This document shows positions 47,166 to 60,243 of a stretch of 64,000 nt of DNA, piece by piece. Numbering within the stretch: the stretch's first letter is position 1; every line of letters starts with the position of its first letter. The position numbers and the translations under genes were made by a program. This stretch comes from Nemertoderma westbladi (lineage: Eukaryota > Animalia > Xenacoelomorpha): positions 1 to 64,000 of the forward strand of contig JAUCBJ010000341.1 of assembly GCA_032718475.1 (NCBI GenBank). Reading direction: 5' to 3'. The notes beneath the pieces are model-generated. The model saw only the letters and a program-made list of their open reading frames with translations. It was not told the DNA's origin and searched no databases.

Positions 47166-50100
47166 CACCGACCCTATTGTACACACAGACAGAATTTATA
47201 ATTCCACTGTCTGCCGCTGGGGGGCGGATTGTCAGAAATGTAGCAAAAGCTCTAATTATAGTACCAACCAACCATCAGATGAGCATTGCTTAATTATAAA
47301 TTAGACACACAATTTTATAGTTCCTCTGTCTTTCTCTAGCAGGAGAATTTACAGAAAAGGAGAAGTAACTCTAATTATAGAATCAACCATCAGAATAATC
47401 TGAAATTTGCTAAGAGTAGTGGATCAAACAGAAACAAGTGCTCGCAACACAGTATCGTGCTGCGCGAAGGCCCCACGAACATGTAACAAATATTGTAATA
47501 CAAACATCTACATAGCAACTCGCATCGCATTCAACTTATGGAGTCAGTAATGTTTAAAGATTTTGTAAAAATTCTATATTTCCATTTCCTATATTACACT
47601 GTGAGTAAGTACTCGTTTATTGCCATTAATATATTTCGCGATCCCTTATTGAAACAAATTGGATACGCAATTACGACCCTAATTGACACCATGACACTTT
47701 ATTTTAATCTCCTAAATAAAATCGATTTTACTATACTGCTGAATCGAAGAGGCAACGCCATTGCGGTTCTAATGGCATTCAGGGGGGAGCTGCTATGTGA
47801 TCGGAAGGCGTAATGAAGGGCAATACTACGGAAGATATAGTGTTCAATCAATAGATTCTAAGTGCGCATAGAATGCGCGCGCATGTACAACAGTGCGGTG
47901 TCTCAAAGTAGGGCAAATCAAAGCGACAGTTTGTAAGACTAGCACGTCTTATATCCCCGCCTCTAAGTACGCACATTCTTAATTCTGTGTATTTACTGCC
48001 GGACGGGCCCGGAAATAAGGTGAGTGAGTAAGTTATATTGTTCTGTAATATTCATAATGTACAGTATAACCTTAACTGCATCTTATACGAAAATTATGGG
48101 TACACTTTTACCAAGTTTGGAACACAAAATGTACCTACCCACTTGGTGTACTTGTAGTGTGTCAAAAGTATTTGTGGGGGGAATTTGCGATTCCCCTAGT
48201 CTGGCGCTAGAGGGCGAAATGTTTGAAAGTGATAATTTAATCGTTTATGATCCATTCAAGCTGCAACTTCGCGAATATATTAATAGATATTTATATATTA
48301 CCTTGACCTTTGCCCTTGCCTTGCCTTGACTTTGGCCTTGTCTTTCTAGAACACAGAACATGTACAATACTCCCGTTACCAGTGCTGTTCTTGTAGTGAC
48401 AAATTAACTAAACCCAAATACATAAACATAAATTACAAGTTAACTAATTATTTGATTAATATTATTTTGAGGTGTTTAGTTAAATAATAGTTGAAAATAT
48501 GTCTGCTTGGAGATATATACGATTGTACTACTGTACTTGATGCAGTTTGGGTAAATCATGGACTCCCATATAGACAGATATCACACATTTCCTGAGGACT
48601 GTCGAGGTTTAACTGTTATAATTTGTAATAAATGATATGGGTTAATTGGTTTTATAATCGTTTTGTTTTGGGAGCAACTATTTTACTTTGTTTTTGATTT
48701 GGCTAGTTTGGAAACAAATTACATTGAGTATCATTTCCAATAATCGTAGTTTTTACACCATAAACCTTTCCGTATAAGACATTATTTATCAAAAGGAACG
48801 CCATAACGTATCAAAACTAACGCAATAATGCATCAAATCGATAATTTAACGCCATCATGTTGCTAATTAACATACCTCATTAGTGGATAAGATAATTTGA
48901 CAGCATTAATACCCTCGATTTCTTTATGGAATTTGCGCTCTTGGTCTCACGATGTTGTGGTCACTCACTTTGAGTCTAGCATGGAGATCCCTGGTTCGGT
49001 CCTTTGCCGAATCCTTTAACCGGGAGCCGTGTCCAGCGAAATGGGAATCTAAATTCAGCTAGATAAAAGGGTTGGAGTGCTCAACCTTGGTAGTTATTGC
49101 TGCGTCCTCCCTGATCACAGGTAAGTGCAATGAAAAACTCCTTTAGTTGCATCTGGTGTTTCATGTTTTACACTCACCGATACAGTAAGTTTTAGTTTTT
49201 TATTGGGATTTTTTTATTATTACTATTAGCCCAATTTTGGACTATTCAGCTCATTCGTTCCATATTAATTATTTTATGCTGCGAAGTAAAGGTCTGTGTA
49301 ATTTAATAACATCAATCCTTACCGTAGATTAACAAATGACTGCAGCAGTGGTGACAATCGAAAATATCCGCCCATCTCTACCATATATAAATGATCAACC
49401 AGCAGGTGAGCAGTAGGAGGCAACTAATTGACCTCCTTCGCTGCGCAGTTCCCGGGATATTTATGGTAAACTGTGTCTCGATATCCTTCAGTAATTATGT
49501 AAATCCTAAGTGAGTGTCCCGGGAAAATATATTAAATCATTACCGGGGACTACTGAATAAGATAAGATAAGAAAGATAGGGCCGTCCATTCAACCCAGAA
49601 AAGTAGCCAATCCCATGTCGTTTCTACCCAAATATACCAGAAATATACACCACAATATATCCTGCTTCGGTATACACACTACACTACAATGTACTCTGGC
49701 TCTGTGGTACACATACTACACTACACTAATGGACAATCTATGCCTCTTTCCTCGCATCAGATCGCATCTCAATAATTTATATCGACCTTTGCGCCGAAAC
49801 ATCGCCGATAATTGATGTACCTGCTTGATTGATCACCAGCATTGCGTATTTCCGCACTTAGCTTTAATTAAGGATTTGCCGCTCTTTGATATTAACGTAC
49901 ATTGAGGTCCAATATGAATTGTCCAAGTGATGCTGTTACGGGGACAAATTTCGGCAATGTTTTTCAAGAGGTTACCACAGTACTGGGTCCAGGTCAGGAA
50001 TAGGCTGAACTTCCCGGTGATAGGAGAGACCTGTAAGTTTTGAAGTGGTGGGATAGCAGGTTTGACTCCCCGTTGGAGCTATGTTTTGGCAACAAGGTGA

Positions 50101-50250
50101 CACCATAATTGTAAAGCATCTCTTTGTTTATATGTGCATCATATCAACAATTTGCATTCACTTCATAATATTTTTGTATATCAGATCAATCAGATCCATG
50201 GATTGTGATCTGGTCCGCACATGCACGGCTGCTGTAAGGAAAAGTCCCAC

Positions 50251-51402
50251 TGTTCGCGCTTTTAGACCTTTAGCAGTTTAACCTGCCAAATTTAGGTGTC
50301 TTCTAGATTATAAATCGACTTTAGCCTATGACGAGTATTTGATACACTACATTAGCCGAAGCCAGCCTATGCGCGACCATTCACCCGCTGGATATACCCG
50401 GGAGACTGGATTCGGAAGCTCTGACCTTATTGCGGTGTAGGCCTACTGTATTATTCGATTGATCGTTAATATATAATCTCTGACCAATATTATTCACTTT
50501 CGGGAAATATTAACAGTTCCTTTAGGACGTGGCGCTCTAAATATGTAAACAGAGTTATGACTTATACTAGACACAACGGGATGGCTATGGATTCACGTAT
50601 AAAGCGCATTCTTTAGGAGATGCTTTGTTATCATTCACAATCATGCACACTACCGCACAATGCTGCACACCGATCTGCCAACCTTCACTAATTTTAGTCA
50701 CATATAAAGAGAACAACAACCGACTCATGTAGTGCCTATGAAATAGCATTAGATTCACTCCAAAACCACTTTAATGTAAGTCGCAATTGTTATATGTAAC
50801 CGGTCTCTCTAACCTTCAGTATATCAAGAAGATTGGGGTTTTCTGATTATTTATAGATATTATCCAAATATAACAAGATTCCATCAACTGATATAATTAA
50901 TAACCGAATAAACCATAAATAGCAGTGAAATAATGCGGTGAAAGCATAATGCATATGTACTGAGTTGGTTTGATAACAGTTATACGTTTCTATGACCAAA
51001 GCCTAGTAATGTTTGGCTAAAGCCTGAAACACAGTAACTCCAAAGCCGGTCTTCTGGCTGTGGACAAAATACACATACTGACTCAATTCATGAGTTTCTG
51101 TATACAATCTCCAACACAGAGTCAAAAAACGCTCTGATTGGTCGACCGAACAAAGAGAGAACGAAGAACAAAGGAATGTTACACGTGGACATATCAGCTG
51201 TTAGATGTCGTCATGGTAACTACACTGTATCAAGAGGATTTTGGCTTATTGCGACATAAGATCGCTAGTTATGTCCGCTAAAGTACAGCTAGTTATGTCC
51301 GCTAAAGCACACATACAGAAGAAATGGCTCTTTATATCCACTAAAGCACCTACAGAGTACTTTGCGGGAAAATAACTAGCTAGATCCGCAAAAGCCTTTA
51401 CA
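50251..51402 (-). repeat. 3' LTR of copy C (1152 bp)
   Basis: Minus strand TGTAAAGG...CGCGAACA; closest to the copy A LTR. Confidence 0.88.
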
Positions 51403-51480
51403 CCGCTCCCAGAAAATGGGATTTAATTCTATAAAATATAAAAAATCACAGTTTCTAAAATATAAAAATACTCTAAACAG

Positions 51481-52812
51481 TTAGTTTTTCTTGCGCGGAC
51501 GGCGTTTACGCAGTTTTTTGAGGCTAGCAAGAGCCCTTTTCTCTTTGGGGCGAGCCACTTTACTAGGAGGGCTATAACCCTTGGGTAAAGGGTGCAATAC
51601 AATTACATCTGAGGGTTTAGGGTTACGGTCGATGTCTCGTCCATTTCGATATGCTTCTCCTCGAGCTGATTTTCCTCCGCTTATCGTTGGATGCGTTCGT
51701 CCAAAACTCTTGCAGAGAATAGGGTCGTCCAAGTTCGATATCTTCTTAGAGATTCTGAATTTCCTGATCGAACTGAGATAAAGTTAATTCGTTTACCGCT
51801 TGGACTTGCTACTGCAATTTACGTTTCTCTAAACAATTGTAGGTTCATTTTCCGATCTTTTGACGAATAGCGTCTAACGCATTTCGTACAACTCTCTCCT
51901 CCGCCTCGGTGACAGGTTGTATGGGGTTAAACCGGGACGATGATACGGTTGGATGACGATATTAGATGTCCGCGTCCCAATCCGGCTAGGTAAGATGGGC
52001 GAATATCTAGGGAGCCCACAACCGGAGTGCCACCGACTAATTGTTCAGGTAACACTAGATCTTTGAACAATGAGTACAGTTCGGGAAGATCCCTGATACT
52101 ATTAGGGTCAAGAGTCTGGGTTCTCACTAGGGAGTGAGGAGGTCTGATCGAGTATTCCGGAACTCAGATCATAGGTTTATTTAAGGATTGTTTGAGTCGA
52201 GCAAGCGTCGGTGATACATCGAACAAGTTTCGCTCGAAACTCCCGTAAATATAGCGAGTAAAACCGCGTTTAAAGCAACGTCTCCGCTGATGTTTATGTC
52301 TTTCCGTTTGTTGGTTGGGTCTTGGGCATTCATCGCAATAATACCAAAGACGCACGTCTTATAGGGGAAACGCGGGTGATATTTATTCGGTTTTACAATA
52401 TTCCTCCATCTGTTCGAAGCTATCTGGGATGACAGGTAGCGGTCGATCGGCGGTAAGATACATCATAGTGAAATAGAGTCGTTTGAGTTCTATCATAGGA
52501 TCATGATGTATACCTTGAGGATATCGAGTTTCTAGATTTTGTTGATTGGCAATATTGAGATATGTTTCTCTCATGAATTCCAGATAATCGTTGAAGTCGC
52601 TGCGTTTATCCGGCTCTTCAATGTCTTCTCTTTCGAGTCTGTTTCGAATAGAATTCTCGTGTTCCATTCTCGGTTTATCGTTCCGCCTCCGCTGGGTAGG
52701 ATATTTAAATAAAACCATTTCCCTTTCGGTGTCTACATCATCCGTATCGTGTAAATCGATAGGATGGCCGGTAGTTAAGAAGTCCATATACGTACCATTA
52801 CGATGCGTATAG
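51481..52812 (-). pseudogene. Accessory gene remnant of copy C (exonuclease region deleted)
   Basis: ORF pieces 52383-52925, 52164-52355, 51927-52127 and 51481-51732; same deletion and TAA as copy A. Confidence 0.85.
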
Positions 52813-54389
52813 CGAGGTGCACTGGTGCACCTCGCTGGTGCACCAGCGCGCTGGTGTACTTTCGCCGATGTGCCTATCGCCAACGTCGTAGCTGCACAAC
52901 GACCACAACAACCAGCGCGAGTCACTCCACCGTCCGTCCCAAAGGCTTAGATTTACTTCAGGTTCTTACTGGAGAGTTAGGGCTACTTTCACAATTGCGA
53001 CTCGCTACTGTAAACACACTTTAGTAGTAACATTCACCTATAAATGCACAAATTCCACACAACTGTCACAAACCGCACACATTCGGGCCATTTGTCCGTT
53101 AGTCAAGTGCCTTCCAGAATGCCACGTTATTATTGGGTATCCTGGGATACTAGCAGTGTGCTATTTTATTCCTTATGCTATTCAATGGGGCAAGCCTTTA
53201 TTGTTCTTTTAACTCACTTCTAATTCTAGCGTGGTTGTTGCCATGGTGACATTATGGAAAGCTAGCAGTAGAATTAGGGTAATTCTCATGCATACAGATC
53301 TGGGATGCTATTTAATAGTAATTCTTTAATTGTCAATATTCCTCTTTATACATGATTTTATGAATTTTATCGGCTATTGACTATATATTGGAGATTCTCG
53401 CACACTAATATACTTAATAGGGTGAATCTCCGCTCCCATGATCTATTAATTAATGGAATTTTGGGAATGTTATAAATTGCATAAAAATGACAATTTATCA
53501 AATTCATTAAAAGATGTGAATTTAAATTTATTCCCGTAAATTTTATTATTTAATATTAAAATAGACACAATTTTATTCCAGAACATATCTGGGGACTGGG
53601 ATCCTTGATTCTAGGAAATTTGTCCTTTTAAGAGTATCGGTAAGTGCTACGATATCTTAATTGACTAGAATTTTAAAAGATCTAAAATTTGACAGATTTT
53701 ATAAATATTAATAGTTAATATTTAAGATGGGCACCGGTTTATTCCAGAACATGTCTGGGGACGTTAACCACTGATTCTAGAATTTTGTCTTTTAAGTATA
53801 TCGGTGGGTGCCGCAATATCTTAATCGACTAGAATTACAGATGGTCAAAGGGTTTAACAGATTTATTTTGCGTTTTACGCTACTGTTAAAGGGACATCAC
53901 GCTACTATATGTATTATTTAATATACGGTATGAGAGCAATATCGCACGAAGCAATGTCAGTGAGAAGAGGCAAGTCGTTTCCAAGGTCTACCCAGAGCTT
54001 GGTTTAGCCGAGACACGAGGATCTGAACTTTGCATTCCTAATACTCTACTTACCAATAATACTTAAATATAGTAGGAGCTTTATTGTACTTTAATAAGTA
54101 CGGATATTTCATCTTACTGTAGTCACGTATTTATAATATGATACGGACAGTAAGGAAAGAGAAAAAGAATTATTTCTCGCCGTCGCACTAAATATATAAT
54201 ATATAAGTAATTAAGTAATAAACGCGAATATATATTGCACTAATCTACTAGATAATCGCTAAAATAACATTCTACTAAATAAAATTAAAGAAAACGATTA
54301 TAATAAAATTACATAATAATACATACATAAATATAAAATAATAAAAACAAATATAAAATAATATAGTCACACACCCACTCCAGACGCTG

Positions 54390-57138
54390 TTACGTTGGGG
54401 AGTCCCTAGATGTTTGTTGGATTAGGGAGGTGGTCGTGGGAAGAGTATCTTGCCTTCCATAGTTTCCAGACAGTTCTCGGTCTCGTTCCAGTAAACATAA
54501 ACGACCAACTGGGCGATTGAGCTGCTGTGTCTCGAAGACAATTCCAGGTTTCCTCTTCGTCCTGGAATAGTGACGATAGAAACATCGCTTCAAATACACG
54601 ACGGCCTTACAAAGCCGATTCCAGGATCTATAGTGGTCCATCGCTCCCGGCAGGAGAGGTGAGAGTCCCGGCGAGACGTCTGGTGTTCCAGATCTCCAGT
54701 CTCTCTCTCTGATCTCCACAACAGATCGGTTCGCGGTGGGGGAGTTTAGATCCACAGCGTCGTCCCTGGCAATGTGTAATACAGACAGATCTATCACAGG
54801 TTTAAATAACCTTGATTTACTCGTCCGGGTTTTAGGTTTGACTTTCTCCGCTCCCTTGGCTTGTCTAATCTCAGCCGTGGTAAGATGGGGAGGCCATTCA
54901 TCTTCTTTACTTAGGAAGTCGGGTCCACCTAACCAGTCTGGAGTATCTGTCAGTTCTTGAGGAGTTGTTCCTCTGGAAGCAATGTCGGCTAGATTAATCG
55001 TCTCGGGGCAATATCTCCATTGATCTACATTAGAGTTAATATCGTCATTATCTGAGGAGTATGGTGTTCCCTCAGTTGGGTCGTCAACTTCACTGCTCTC
55101 CACTTCCCATTCACGTAATTGATATACCTGTTCTTTTGGTAATCTTTCCATGAGAGTTCTACGGGAAGGGCCAGTAAAGTACCAACCTACTCTAGTTCTT
55201 CCCGCATAGACTTGTAATGGTTGCGGTTGAGCAGGCTGTTTCTCCAATGTCTCAAGCGCTTCATGCGCATTTTGGCCGATGAGTATTTGCACTCCAGGGA
55301 AATCTGTGTTGAATCTAGGTATATTAAGCTGCTGGGTGGAATCGTCCTCATCCCAGTTGTAAGGTTCTACTTGGCTGGTAGCGAAGTTCTTTATCGCCAC
55401 CATTTTTACTGACCTTATACTGTATTCTCCTAGTTCATCCTGGGGGGTGGACAACGCACCTACATAATAATCTGCTATTACTGTAGATTTCCAAACCTGC
55501 ATAATTCCTGACATGTTTAACTTAGTTCGGAACTTGGGTTGTCCAGCAAAGATGTCTTCGGCTAGTTCTTTGTCGATGAATGTTCCTGTGCTACCGGAGT
55601 CAAGAAGGACGTTCACTATATAACTCCTTTTAGGTCCGTGGACCCTCAACTGTACTACAGGAAATTCTCGGATTCCTACATTGGAAGTTGGTGCTTTCCA
55701 AGGTGGTTGTCGGTCAGAAGTATTTAGGGGGAGCTCGCTATCGGTGTCCCTTTTATACGTAAGTGCCTCGATACACTGCGGTATTTATCAGGTAACAGGA
55801 TTCGTTTTCATCGGAGAATTCGTCCGTATAGAATCCTTCCATCTCAGAACTTTGGTCAGTGTCGTTCACATCACTGAATTGGACATGTAGTTCGGAATCA
55901 CTTACCTGACTCGGGCTGTTTCGTTCGAATTCAGTGTGCAACAAGATATGATGTTTTGCGCCGCACTTTGCACACCTTGCATCGGAGTAACAGGTTCGCC
56001 GTTGGTGTCCTCGTCTGAGGCAATTATAACACAACCGCTTATCCCACATGACTTCACGTCTATCCTTGAGTGATTTCCTCAGGAATTCATCACACGCACT
56101 TAAACGGTGGGGCCCGTCGCACAGCACACATTTTGGTTTGATGTTACTTACCTTACTTTGAGTAACGTTGTGCACACTCGTTCTTTCCTCGGGCTTTCTT
56201 ACATGAATTCTCGTAGGAGACGTAGGAGGAGTTTTTCTTACCTGTTCTCTCCTGTCATTGGTTCGAGAATTGAATTTACTTACGTCCTTAGGCGCTTTGT
56301 TGTCATAGTAAGATCTTTCAGTGTCTTTCCCACTGTCTTCCTCTTGAGAAGCCTGGCTTTCGCCGTCGTCTGTATAACACACTGGTGTTACTTTTCTCCT
56401 AGAAACGGGTTTCTCACTTACCTTGTTTTCCGGTGTCTTCTCTCTGGACTGCTTTAGGAGCTGTAATTTCACTTCTCCATCTAAGAATGACATGAGATCA
56501 GCCATGGTAGGGTCTCGTCGTTGTTGTTCCATCATATATAACACTTTCTTATCCCAGCGTGTACCTACTCCACCCTTCGGTAAAGTAGAGGCCACGGCTC
56601 CAATAACCATAGAACTTTGATATTCATGAGACTTACCTAGCCAATCTAATTGTCTACAGATCTCCTGAATCTCATCGGAAAACTCTATAATCCCGCTGCT
56701 AATGAATTTTCGGGGCGCTACCAATTTTGCATACAAATACCTAGCTATGTTATTCCTATTACCATACCTGATGTTTAGGGTATCCCAAACTTGTCTTAAT
56801 CCATCTGGATGTCCAATAAACTTTGACGCCGTTAACTTGGGAGATCCTTCCAAGCACTCGATGAGGAATCTAAGTTTCTCTCCGTTAGATAGCACAGAGT
56901 TCTGTATGTTATCTTTGTAATATTCATTAAAAGGTAACCATTTCATCTCCTCTCCATTGAACTTGACGATCTCTCCCACCTTTACCGCTTGACGGGCTTC
57001 AGTTCTAGCCATTTGACGCGTAAAACTTTCTTGGGCCATCGTGTTATTTAATATCGAGTTATCGGTATATAAATTTCTCGGATTATTATCAAGTCTATAT
57101 GGAATATCATTGTCAACAGGTTTATAATTACCCTTAAT
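54390..57138 (-). pseudogene. Gag-protease-deleted pol of copy C, with a frameshift near 55760
   Basis: ORFs 55753-57039 (capsid, knuckles) and 54390-55649 (LLDSGS; SSDNDDI|NSNVDQWR junction). Confidence 0.88.
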
Positions 57139-57204
57139 CGTTTTTAATATTTATGATCAATCATTAAGTTTAAATAGCAGGAAAGAAATACATATCGATT
57201 AAGT

Positions 57205-57657
57205 ATGTTATCTACAGAGGACCTTGATATGTTTCCAGTGGGTGGTCACTATTTGGGAGCGTTTCCATCTAACAAATTACCTAAATTAGATAATAATAAG
57301 CGGAGAGATTATGGGTTAATAGTAAACACCGATAAACAGCATCTACCCGGGGTTCATTGGATTGCTATATATATATGAGATAATGAGGCTGAATTATTTA
57401 ATTCATTCGGACCAAAATATCCAAACAGATGTATCGAAAAATGGCTTGAGAAAAATTCAGCAAGATGGCGTACTACCCGGAAACAATTTCAAGACCCCAG
57501 GAGGACCACATGTGGATTATACTGTCTTTATTACTTGGTAAATCGAATTCATACAAACTATCCAATGAGAGCATTTACAAATAATGTGGAAATAAATGAA
57601 ATAATATTATATAAATGGCTTGTTAATTATTATAAAATAAACCAACAAGCGTTGTAA
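57205..57657 (+). pseudogene. Adenain-like (C5) cysteine protease with one premature TGA at 57376-78 (not in ORF track)
   Basis: YLGAFPSNKLP...LIVNTDKQHLPGVHWIAI..FNSFG...QFQ....TCGLYCLYYL. Confidence 0.85.
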
Positions 57658-57688
57658 TTAATCATTTAACTTTTGTTTATCAGATAAA

Positions 57689-58287
57689 ATGGATAATATT
57701 ATTTTTGTTGATTTTCAATATTATAAGATAGACAATAAGGAATATCCGGTAGTATTTAAAGAATTTCTATATTCGATTCTAATTACACCAAAACTAATGT
57801 AAAGACGTTTTTAATTAAAGGTCCACCTAATATTAAGTTATCAGCATTAGATGAAGCCCACGTAAACAATTTACGGGACATGACTTCGCATTTACCTTGG
57901 GATTACGGCAACATTTCGCAAGATGACTTTAAAAAGTACATGAAGAGACATTTAAAATATAAAAAAAATATACATGTATTTGGGTTGATGAAGCTGGCAA
58001 TATTAGTTTCCCAACTTGATGTTCTCGCACCAAATTCGATGGAGAAATGGTGGATATATCAGCAATATTACAACTATTTAACCCCATGCCGCTTCCACGA
58101 TCAATTTATTACACTAGAAAATAAATGTGCTTTCCACTTAAACACAAGGGATAACTGTCTGCGGTACTGCTCTGCAAAACGAGTCGGCGGGTTTGAATTG
58201 AAACGATTTTTCGTGAGAAAGCGTTTAACTGACACTGATGATAAACAGAAAGAAATAACTGCGGTGGAAGATGTACTCGTACAGTAG
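57689..58287 (+). pseudogene. Frameshifted Polinton-associated ORF with DEDD-nuclease-like motifs
   Basis: MDNIIFVDFQ...VVFKEF, then in another frame HLPWDYGNI...IHVFGLMK...CAFH......CSA; resembles small ORFs I recall from Polinton-like elements. Confidence 0.5.
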
Positions 58288-58669
58288 GTTTACTGTAAGC
58301 TTGTAATGTGATGGGATATAATATAATTTTATTTTGGTGATGATCTTGATGTTAATATAAAAATATAATAAAATATAATTTTTTTACAACAAGTTCTCTA
58401 AAAGAGTCAATTGCGGTAGGTTAACCATGCACATTTAACAATATGACGTAGACGTAACATGTACAGTAAGTATTCTCGACATCATTCTAATATAGTTGTA
58501 CTGGTATTGCGAAACATCCTATACATCGCAAACTAATAACACATACAGTAGTTGACTAGTGATATAACTTTAGTAATATTAGTCAGAAATGCAACATAAT
58601 CTGTATAGGATGTAATGTTAACCTGTTGGTACCGGTACTGATAAATTCAATAATTTATTATAGCCCTAA

Positions 58670-59580
58670 CCACAACTGTCATCCACTTTATCAGTACCGG
58701 TAGTGTTTTACTCTTCCAACACTGTAGTCGCGGTCTACTGGTATCAGTACAGCAGTAATCTGATGCAATAGCATACTGCTGTCATGACCTGGATTACATG
58801 CAGGGGTCTCACATATAGGGATTAGATCACCTACCCAAACAATACAGTACTGCAGTACTGTCACTGTTGTTGTAACAGTATAGTCAGATAGAGCATACTG
58901 ATTTCCTTTGATTAGCATTGTACTGCAGTACCGGTACTACAGTATTAATGTAACAGTACCTTGCAGTAACAAACTAAGCCAATGTATACAATATCGTGAG
59001 CCAGTTACAATCAGATGTGTACGCAGTCAACCGCACGCTGCTGGGATGCGGTCAACCTCACAGCTAGCCTCGCAGCTGCTATCTACAACTATCATCCACT
59101 TTATCAGTACCTGTAGTGTTCTACTCTTCCAACACTGTAGTCGCAGTCTACTGGTATCAGTACAGCAGTAATCTGATGCAATAGCATACTGCTGACATGA
59201 TCTGGATTGCCCGCGTGGGTCTCACATACAGGGATTAGATCCCCTACCCAAACAATGCAGTACTGCAGTACTGTCACTGTTGTTGTTGTAACAGTATAGT
59301 CAGATAGAGCATACTGATTTCCTTTGATTAGCATTGTACTGCAGTACCGGTACTACAGTATTAATGTAACAGTACCTGCAGTAACAAACTAAACCATTGT
59401 ATACAATATCGTGAGCCAGTTACAATCGGATGTGCGCGCAGTCAGCCTCGCAGCTGGGATGCGGTCAACCACGCAGCCACCCTCGCGAGCAGCATCGCTG
59501 CCAGCCTCGCAGCCAACCTCGCAGCCAGCCTCGCAGCCAACCTCGCAGCCAGCCTCGCAACCTGCCTCGCAGCTACTATC
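58670..59580. repeat. 413-bp tandem duplication followed by a 12-bp (CAGCCAGCCTCG) array
   Basis: ACAACT.TCATCCACTTTATCAG at 58672 and 59085; array at ~59470-59575. Confidence 0.85.
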
Positions 59581-59688
59581 GGTTAGGCTCGCAGTCAGCC
59601 CGTGAGAGTCATGCTTATTCAAACGAGGTTAGTTTTCCCTAACTACTGATAGATTGATTGAAAAATAATAATGTTTAATTTTCACCTT

Positions 59689-60243
59689 CTAATTATCAAT
59701 ATATTCTACACCTAAAGTCACAACACCAAACATTAATAAATAATTAACCAGTTTACTAAATATAGGATAATAAATGTGAAATTTGCTAGGTGAACACATT
59801 AAAGTACATTTACCGGTATGAAAGCAGCAAATGACTACGGTATTATTTATTCTTATTTTGCAATTATTAAAAATTTCAGGTTCATATATAACTTGAAGTT
59901 GTACATTATCAAAGACAACATAAAACCCAGTATTGTTTATCAATAACCTATAGACTACAGACTTAATGCTAAAAATATAAGTACATAAATTAACAGATTT
60001 TAAAATCAAATTAATACTAGTTTTATCAAATATATGCTTTTTTACTTTTTGGAAATTATACTTACTACCTAATAATGTAATACGACCATTTTTAAATATT
60101 AATAATGTGGCACCAAATATCTTATATATAAACTGATTTGGTTTGAGTATGTGTTTACCAGATAATTGATTTTTTAATTCTTTCAAATTAATCGCTGACA
60201 CTTGCTGGCAACTTACATTCTTATTAACTATCTGATAGTTCAT
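59689..60243 (-). CDS. Divergent TATA-binding-protein (TBP)-like protein, 184 aa
   Basis: ATLLIFKNGRITLLGSK (cf. TBP TALIFSSGKMVCTGAK), YEPEIF (cf. YEPELF), CFHTGKCTL (cf. IFVSGKVVL); intronless; overlaps the pPolB stop. Confidence 0.7.
   Translation of the reverse strand: MNYQIVNKNVSCQQVSAINLKELKNQLSGKHILKPNQFIYKIFGATLLIFKNGRITLLGSKYNFQKVKKHIFDKTSINLILKSVNLCTYIFSIKSVVYRLLINNTGFYVVFDNVQLQVIYEPEIFNNCKIRINNTVVICCFHTGKCTLMCSPSKFHIYYPIFSKLVNYLLMFGVVTLGVEYIDN

Larger units (their letters stand above)
43521..47484 (+). mobile_element. Probable HINE-like element, copy 3, with nested inverted-repeat elements
   Basis: 3' end CGTGCTGCGCGAAGGCCCCACGAACATGT; only TGTGGGGC matches at the presumed 5' end. 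Confidence 0.45.
50251..57138 (-). mobile_element. Bel/Pao copy C: 5'-truncated, non-autonomous (partial gag, PR, deleted pol, decayed accessory gene, PPT, 3' LTR)
   Basis: LTR 50251-51402, PPT 51403-10; homology to copy B gag ends at ~57138. Confidence 0.9.

Noticed and set aside
48940-49160. Possible tRNA or tRNA-derived SINE (GGTTCGGTCC B-box-like motif)
   Set aside because: No cloverleaf, clear A box or second copy in the window.
59389-59642. CEAG/QPAS repeat ORFs
   Set aside because: Produced by the 12-bp tandem array.
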